From: Flavobacteriales bacterium
Lineage (GTDB): Bacteria > Bacteroidota > Bacteroidia > Flavobacteriales_F > PHOS-HE28
DNA length: 64,000 bases
Assembly: GCA_017987895.1 (NCBI GenBank)
Contig: JAGNSU010000004.1
Location: forward strand, 24,773-88,772
Reading direction: 5' to 3'
Below are positions 58,762-64,000 of this stretch, piece after piece (the first letter of the stretch is position 1; each line of letters begins with the position of its first letter). The notes below the pieces were generated by a model. It made no database searches, was not told the origin of the DNA, and saw only the letters and a program-made list of their open reading frames with translations. Made by a program: the position numbers and the translations under genes.

Positions 58762-61700
58762 TCAGCGCAACAGATACATCTTGCCGAAGCCCTTGTGGAA
58801 GTAGGAGGAAGCCCCGGTCTCACGCAACTCCATCTCCGAGCCGTTCAGTTGCGCGATCACGCGATAGAGATAGACCCCCCGTGCCAGGCGGTCGCCGAAC
58901 TCATCGGTGCCATCCCAGGCGAACTCCGTGATGTTGCGCCCCACATGCACAAAGCCCAGTTCGGCCGTGCTGACCTCACGCACCACACGCCCCGTGATGG
59001 TCATGATCTGCACCTTCAGGTAGCTCGGTGCCTCGCTGCCCGTTACGGTGAAAACGAAACGCGTGCTGGTGGTGAACGGGTTGGGATAGTTGAGGACCTC
59101 GGTAATGGTCGGCCGGTTGATCACCTCGAATTTGATCTCGTAATCATGGTCACCGCTCACGTTTCCGCTGATATCCTCGGCTTGCACGGTCAGTTTGTAG
59201 ACGCCATCCACGGCCAGTATCGGTCGATACTCGATGTGGGCGATGTTCTCCGCTCCTGTGGTAGGTACGAACCGCATGACCTCCGTGCCGCTGCCATCCA
59301 CAAAATAGATGCGGCGGAACGATCCGCTGGGGTCGGTGAGATACACTTTGAAATAGGCCGTATCCGCAGGGCTGTCGAGCAGCAAGGTGGTGTTCTCATC
59401 ATCCAAGGTCACTCGGATCTCCGGCTTGGCGCTCACAATATCGCCATCGAGGATGTGGATACCATCAAAGGTGACGTCGAGCAAGGGGTTCTCCTCATCC
59501 TCACCGATCTCGAAACGCAGGATGGCGATGTTGTTGAAGTGGTATTGCTCGAACTGATGGTAGATCCCCGTGGTGCTGTCTAGCGGATTGGCTTCGATGA
59601 TCAAGGAGTTCAGGCCACCCAGACCGGGAGTGGCGAACCGTATCGTGTCCAGCAAGAAGGTCCCCGCAGGCAAGGGCGCGTTCAAGCGATGATGTACCGT
59701 GATCCGCTGACCGCCAGCGTTCACCACCCAGGCATCGATCAGCAGGCTGTCCATATCGAACTCGCTGATGTTGTGTACCGCCACGGCCACTTCCGCTTGT
59801 TGGCCCTCGTACAGCCCCTGCACGTTACTGAGGAAGCCCAGCGGCGGATCGATCGCGCACTCCGGTTCAGGAGTGAGCAGGAGCTGCCAGCGCTTCAGCT
59901 GGGTAGGTAGCACATCGGGCGTGGAATCGTTGAAGAGTTGCGCGTTCAACCTCACGTACGGGTATTGCTCGGCGCTGATCAGGGCGGTGAAGTCGATCTG
60001 TGAAATGGAATCGACAGGACCATATCGCTCGAACACCAGCTGTTCGTCGCCGAACGAGTCCACACCGAACACTTGAACGCGGAGCGTATCCAGAGGATCC
60101 GGCGGCTTCTCATCCCAATACATCCCCTGCCACGCCGAAGCTGGACCGGCCAGCGGCGCAGAGAAGCTGCCCGAGCGCCCGGAGGAGGGTATGTCCACGG
60201 ACAATTCAATGAGGTCATTGATGCTGTCACCATGCAACTGTTGGACGGTTCCAAGGTCACCCATCGTCCCGAAGAAGATGTAGGGCACTGAATCCGGCCC
60301 TTGCCCGATGCCCGTGGCACCGATGGCGTCGAAGGCATCGAAAAGTGCTTGGCCACCGATATTATACATGCCGTCCAGATCCAAGTGGATGTACGTCCAG
60401 AGCAGCACATGATGGCCGTCCGGGATGTGGTTGTTCAGCATGTCCGTCAGGCCCGGCAGATCGTCGGCAAAGAAGCTGCCCTCCACAACGAAGCTGAAGT
60501 ACTTCTGCACATTGCCGTTCTGGCAATAGTCATCGTCATCATTCGCGTTATTGAAATCGTGGTCGGGGTTGATAGTACCCTGATTCGTACCCCAAGGCGT
60601 GAAGTCGAAGGGGTCGATCACAGCCACATGAATGGCCGGAACGCCACCACAGCCTTGGCCACCTTGGTAGGCTAGGTCAATGGAGTAGGAATTGATCAAA
60701 CCGCTCTGCCCCTTCACCTCACAACTCACGTTCCGCAAGCCTTCGTCGAACCGGAAGGTGCGTGATGGGCGATCGTGCTTCACTTGGTTGAACTCATCCT
60801 CCTTGAACTGGAAGAAGTGCGCCTGCCCCCAACCGCGGCGGTCCGTGATGTATTGGAAGGAACTCTCCTGCCACTTGAAGCCACCATCCGCGGAGCTGTC
60901 CGGACTACAACGCCAGAAGAACACGGTGCTGTCCTCGAAATTGTTGATGGAGAAGATCTGCTGCGGATCCCAGGTCACCACACCTCCAGGAGCGTTGATG
61001 ATGGTCGACTCCAAGATCGGGCTGTTGTACAGGTCCGTGGTATCGATCTGGAACTTGTAGGCCCGCACCGGCGCGAAGGGATCGCCCGTGCTGGCTTTGA
61101 GGGTCGGCGTTCCTTCGGGGATGATCGCGAACTCGTACGGGTACACCGGGAAGATCTCGCCGGAGGCGATGAGCAGGTCGGTGGTCACGCGGTTGTTTCC
61201 CAGATCATCGAACTCAGCGATCGAATCGGGGTCCAGGTCCACGCGCACCTCGAAGCTGTTCAAGCCCGCGCCGCCTGCATCCGCCAGCGAAGGGATCTCG
61301 AACACCACGGTATCCTTGAAGGTCCCGGCATAGATCGGTAGCCCGATCGGTGGGAGGTCCTGTTGTTCTTCCACCAATCGGCGCTTCAACACCACATTGG
61401 CGTTCACGTCGAGGCCCTTGCCCAAATTGCTCACCACCACTTGCACTTGGAAGGTGTCCAGATCGGCGGTGATAGGTTCCGGCAGGAAGCGAACGTCCGG
61501 CTCGGTGATGGAGAAGTCCGGGTCAGGAAAAGAGTGAAGGACAAGCGTGGGGTCCCCGTGCAGGGTGAACGTCTGCGCATTGTTCAAGTAAAGCACACTG
61601 GAGTTCTGCGACAACTGCTGGCCGATAGCGTAGCGCATGTGCTCACCGATGCTCTTGCCGTAGTTCGCCGCGCTGAAGCTCGTGTACCAATCCCGGGTAT

Positions 61701-63885
61701 AGTAGTACAGCGGCGTGGAATACCCCAGATCGGTGGAGGCCAGGAAGGCGATCGCACCGTGGTCACCGATGTTCACATAGCGCTCGCTCACGCTCTCGCT
61801 CTCGAAGAGATGGACATTGCCGGCGTAGCAAGAGTTGGCGATGATCATCGGGTACTTCCCGTTCCACTCGAAGTTCGTCGGGTAGTCGATATTGATGTCG
61901 AAGTTGCCGGCGCTCGCATGGGCGAAGAAGGTCATGAGGGTCACGCCTTCATCCTCGATGAAGTGGCGCACGGAATCCGCCGCTCCAGGATTCAGCCCAT
62001 TGCCCGTGTTCTTCCGGAACAAATAGGCGGACCCCACAAAGTTGATGTCCTCTGCTATGTTCGCGTAATTGTTAAGATAGGTCTCGAACGTTTGGATCTC
62101 GCCCGGGTTGAACCCGCCCCGGAACAGTAGAATGTTCTTCATCCAAGCCTCGGGGGTATCGAAGCTCTCGAACGACTCGACCTTCAAGCGGTACGCTTCC
62201 ACCTCCACCGGGTTGTTGGCCGCCAAGCGCCCCACAGGGATCGCGAGGTCGGTGCTGTTCCCGTTCAAGCCAAGGGTGAAAGCGGGATCGCTCGGGGGGT
62301 AACCGAAAGTGGGGACCAGACACTTGGCATAGGCCGCCGGGTTCGTGCGATGACCGATGATCCCATCGACCCCCGGGCAGAGCACCGACTTGCCGATCAG
62401 GAAAAGCGCGCGCGGATCGGAGTTCCATTGGTCCAGGGTGAATTCCGCGAACCGCCGGATGCTGAGCGGGTGCTTCGGGATACCACCGCCGAACTGATCA
62501 TAGAGCTCATCCACGTCGACCACGACGGCGTTGTACCGGTTGTGCAAATTCGTTTCACGATAGAAGGCGTAGTTGTCAGCCTCCGCTCGCAATGAGGAAT
62601 GGGCGATGATCAACATGGCCGAATCCTCCTGCGCAGCGAGGAGGTCGGTGAAGTAGCCGGAGGCCGTCACCGGCATCAGCGTGGTGATCGGCGTAACGTT
62701 GGCTTCCTGATTGATGAAGACCTCGGTCTTCTCAGCACCGGGCAGCAAGGGGATCAAGGACTTGTACCCGTTCCCGTCCAGGGTAACGGCCACGCGGCGG
62801 ACCGTATCGCCATAGGCGTAGATCACTGGATCGGTGGTGCCGGTGAACCGTACGTACTTGATGGTGTCCTGCGGGCTGCTGCGCGGCACGAACACCGTGG
62901 ACTTCGGCAGAGAGATCAAATTGGTGTACCTGGGGTACTCGAAATAGATGTGCGATACCATCTGGCGGTCGACGTAGGAGCTACCGACACAGCCATTGCC
63001 CAGATCATGCACCACACGCAATCTCACGTTGCAGTTACCCTGGCCGATGGCCGCATTGGCGTAGGGGAAGTCGAACCGGTTCAGTTGGTAGCCTCGGAAA
63101 ACGGTGTCCGCCACCTGGACGAGATTGGGGCCGTAGAACACGCGCAGGTGATGGTTGTCGCACTGGCCGTCCTCGGGGTTGTTCGCACTGGCGGTCACCA
63201 CATGGAAAGCCGCGTCCGGCGCGCCTGGCTCCTGGTAGGGCACCGAGGTATCCATAACCAGGTTATGGTCCTCGTCCTGGGTTTCCGCAGTGATCGTGAA
63301 GTAGTGGAAGAACCCCTCGGCCTCGACCATGAGGGAGTTGGTAGCATCCAGGGGATCCCGATCACCGCGATAATAGTTGTCCGGCCATTGGAAAACCGGA
63401 TGGCTCCACGCCCAGGTCTGCTGGGGATAGGGGGTCACATCGGTATTGAGGTAGGGCACTACGCGCAGCTTCTCGGGCGCTGCATCATAGGTCAGGTAGT
63501 AGAAGATGGTATCGTTGAAGAGGCTGTGGAACGGGTTGCTCTGGCGGGATGGATCGTTCCAAAGCTGTGCGTCCAACCAACCATCGTTCTTCAGGCCACG
63601 GAACTCGATGAAATCACCGGTGTTGAAGACCGAGTCCGCTTCTCCCTGTATATAGATGGGCACTTGTTCTGTCCGCGCGAACAACTGGATCGACCTGGGG
63701 TCCACCGTTGTGACCGGGAAACCAGCATTGGCCAGGGCCGTGCTATCGATCCTGTAAAGGCCTTCCCTGGCGATCTTGAACTTCCAGTAGGGCCGGGTCG
63801 GGTTGATCCATTCGTTGCCGTAGGGTTGGGCGAAGGCTGTGGTAGCGAAAGCCCAGGCGAGGATCAATAGCCGACCACGCGTCAT
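58762..63885 (-). CDS. Giant (1707 aa) PorU-paralogous peptidase C25-like protein with T9SS type A C-terminal sorting domain
   Basis: Signal peptide; N-terminal region alignable to the PorU product encoded at 17235..21269 (YWKFKIAREGLYRI versus WFRVLVVEDGVYEI); C25-like core (FFAHASAGNF...IIANSCYAGN); C-terminus VLNYPNPFTTSTRFVF...GVYLYRV. Confidence 0.7.
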   Translation of the reverse strand: MTRGRLLILAWAFATTAFAQPYGNEWINPTRPYWKFKIAREGLYRIDSTALANAGFPVTTVDPRSIQLFARTEQVPIYIQGEADSVFNTGDFIEFRGLKNDGWLDAQLWNDPSRQSNPFHSLFNDTIFYYLTYDAAPEKLRVVPYLNTDVTPYPQQTWAWSHPVFQWPDNYYRGDRDPLDATNSLMVEAEGFFHYFTITAETQDEDHNLVMDTSVPYQEPGAPDAAFHVVTASANNPEDGQCDNHHLRVFYGPNLVQVADTVFRGYQLNRFDFPYANAAIGQGNCNVRLRVVHDLGNGCVGSSYVDRQMVSHIYFEYPRYTNLISLPKSTVFVPRSSPQDTIKYVRFTGTTDPVIYAYGDTVRRVAVTLDGNGYKSLIPLLPGAEKTEVFINQEANVTPITTLMPVTASGYFTDLLAAQEDSAMLIIAHSSLRAEADNYAFYRETNLHNRYNAVVVDVDELYDQFGGGIPKHPLSIRRFAEFTLDQWNSDPRALFLIGKSVLCPGVDGIIGHRTNPAAYAKCLVPTFGYPPSDPAFTLGLNGNSTDLAIPVGRLAANNPVEVEAYRLKVESFESFDTPEAWMKNILLFRGGFNPGEIQTFETYLNNYANIAEDINFVGSAYLFRKNTGNGLNPGAADSVRHFIEDEGVTLMTFFAHASAGNFDINIDYPTNFEWNGKYPMIIANSCYAGNVHLFESESVSERYVNIGDHGAIAFLASTDLGYSTPLYYYTRDWYTSFSAANYGKSIGEHMRYAIGQQLSQNSSVLYLNNAQTFTLHGDPTLVLHSFPDPDFSITEPDVRFLPEPITADLDTFQVQVVVSNLGKGLDVNANVVLKRRLVEEQQDLPPIGLPIYAGTFKDTVVFEIPSLADAGGAGLNSFEVRVDLDPDSIAEFDDLGNNRVTTDLLIASGEIFPVYPYEFAIIPEGTPTLKASTGDPFAPVRAYKFQIDTTDLYNSPILESTIINAPGGVVTWDPQQIFSINNFEDSTVFFWRCSPDSSADGGFKWQESSFQYITDRRGWGQAHFFQFKEDEFNQVKHDRPSRTFRFDEGLRNVSCEVKGQSGLINSYSIDLAYQGGQGCGGVPAIHVAVIDPFDFTPWGTNQGTINPDHDFNNANDDDDYCQNGNVQKYFSFVVEGSFFADDLPGLTDMLNNHIPDGHHVLLWTYIHLDLDGMYNIGGQALFDAFDAIGATGIGQGPDSVPYIFFGTMGDLGTVQQLHGDSINDLIELSVDIPSSGRSGSFSAPLAGPASAWQGMYWDEKPPDPLDTLRVQVFGVDSFGDEQLVFERYGPVDSISQIDFTALISAEQYPYVRLNAQLFNDSTPDVLPTQLKRWQLLLTPEPECAIDPPLGFLSNVQGLYEGQQAEVAVAVHNISEFDMDSLLIDAWVVNAGGQRITVHHRLNAPLPAGTFLLDTIRFATPGLGGLNSLIIEANPLDSTTGIYHQFEQYHFNNIAILRFEIGEDEENPLLDVTFDGIHILDGDIVSAKPEIRVTLDDENTTLLLDSPADTAYFKVYLTDPSGSFRRIYFVDGSGTEVMRFVPTTGAENIAHIEYRPILAVDGVYKLTVQAEDISGNVSGDHDYEIKFEVINRPTITEVLNYPNPFTTSTRFVFTVTGSEAPSYLKVQIMTITGRVVREVSTAELGFVHVGRNITEFAWDGTDEFGDRLARGVYLYRVIAQLNGSEMELRETGASSYFHKGFGKMYLLR

Positions 63886-64000
63886 GACGAACTTCGTTTG
63901 AAGATGTCGAACCTTAGGGAGAAGACGTTGGAGTAAAGCGCGATGGAACTATCCCCGATGTCGGTCAACGCATAGTCCACCGAAACGCTCTTGATCTTCA
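63882..64000 (-). CDS. Partial ORF (3' end only) translationally coupled to the giant gene
   Basis: Reverse-complement frame reads ...KIKSVSVDYALTDIGDSSIALYSNVFSLRFDIFKRSSS*; its TGA overlaps the ATG of the giant gene (ATGA). Confidence 0.35.
   Translation of the reverse strand, partial: KIKSVSVDYALTDIGDSSIALYSNVFSLRFDIFKRSSS

Noticed and set aside
59689-63870. + strand ORFs (60775..61341, 61363..62130, 62599..63870) inside the giant T9SS gene
   Set aside because: Antisense shadows, Arg/His/Gly/Val-rich without motifs. The minus-strand frame has a signal peptide and a T9SS sorting domain.
1-64000. CRISPR arrays, insertion sequences, integrases, prophage genes
   Set aside because: I found no regularly spaced direct repeats, no transposase, recombinase or phage-structural signatures and no inverted terminal repeats. 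The only composition anomaly is the single gene at 9974..10900.

Overview
This is a high-G+C (about 60%) chromosomal segment from a member of the phylum Bacteroidota. The phylum call rests on the full type IX secretion / gliding-motility gene set (porV, porU, a PorP/SprF-like gene, gldJ, T9SS type A and type B C-terminal sorting domains) and on TAnnTTTG-type promoter boxes. Most of the window is core housekeeping: pheT (partial), recG, pdhA–pdhC, cdd, ispF, murF, an acyl-CoA dehydrogenase, anmK, a Glu/Leu/Phe/Val dehydrogenase, exbB–exbD–tonB–folC, two tRNA-Val genes, secA, comM/yifB, gmhA, dsbD, tilS, pabB and lnt. I found no CRISPR array, transposase or integrase. Five stretches are worth a second look. 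(1) 1870–3863: an eight-histidine fatty-acid-hydroxylase/AGMO-like membrane enzyme translationally coupled to a YhhN (lysoplasmalogenase-type) protein, a possible ether-lipid cleavage pair. (2) 6007–10900: an accessory-looking block with a zinc-ribbon SAM methyltransferase, three tandem paralogous lipoproteins interleaved with an ICMT-family membrane methyltransferase, a repeated roughly 32-bp intergenic element, and a compositionally foreign (about 48% G+C) orphan membrane-protein gene. (3) 13969–15401: a VTC-domain + DUF4956 two-gene module. (4) 32881–42500: an ECF-sigma–crtI–crtB–idi overlapping-codon operon inside a light-response island that also carries a photolyase, an unlisted 52-aa ORF, an SRPBCC protein, a methyltransferase and a PduO-type B12 adenosyltransferase. 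(5) 58762–63885: a 1707-aa PorU-paralogous C25-peptidase-like protein with a T9SS sorting domain, translationally coupled to a partial upstream gene. The DsbD locus carries three copies of the DsbD alpha domain (two fused, one stand-alone).
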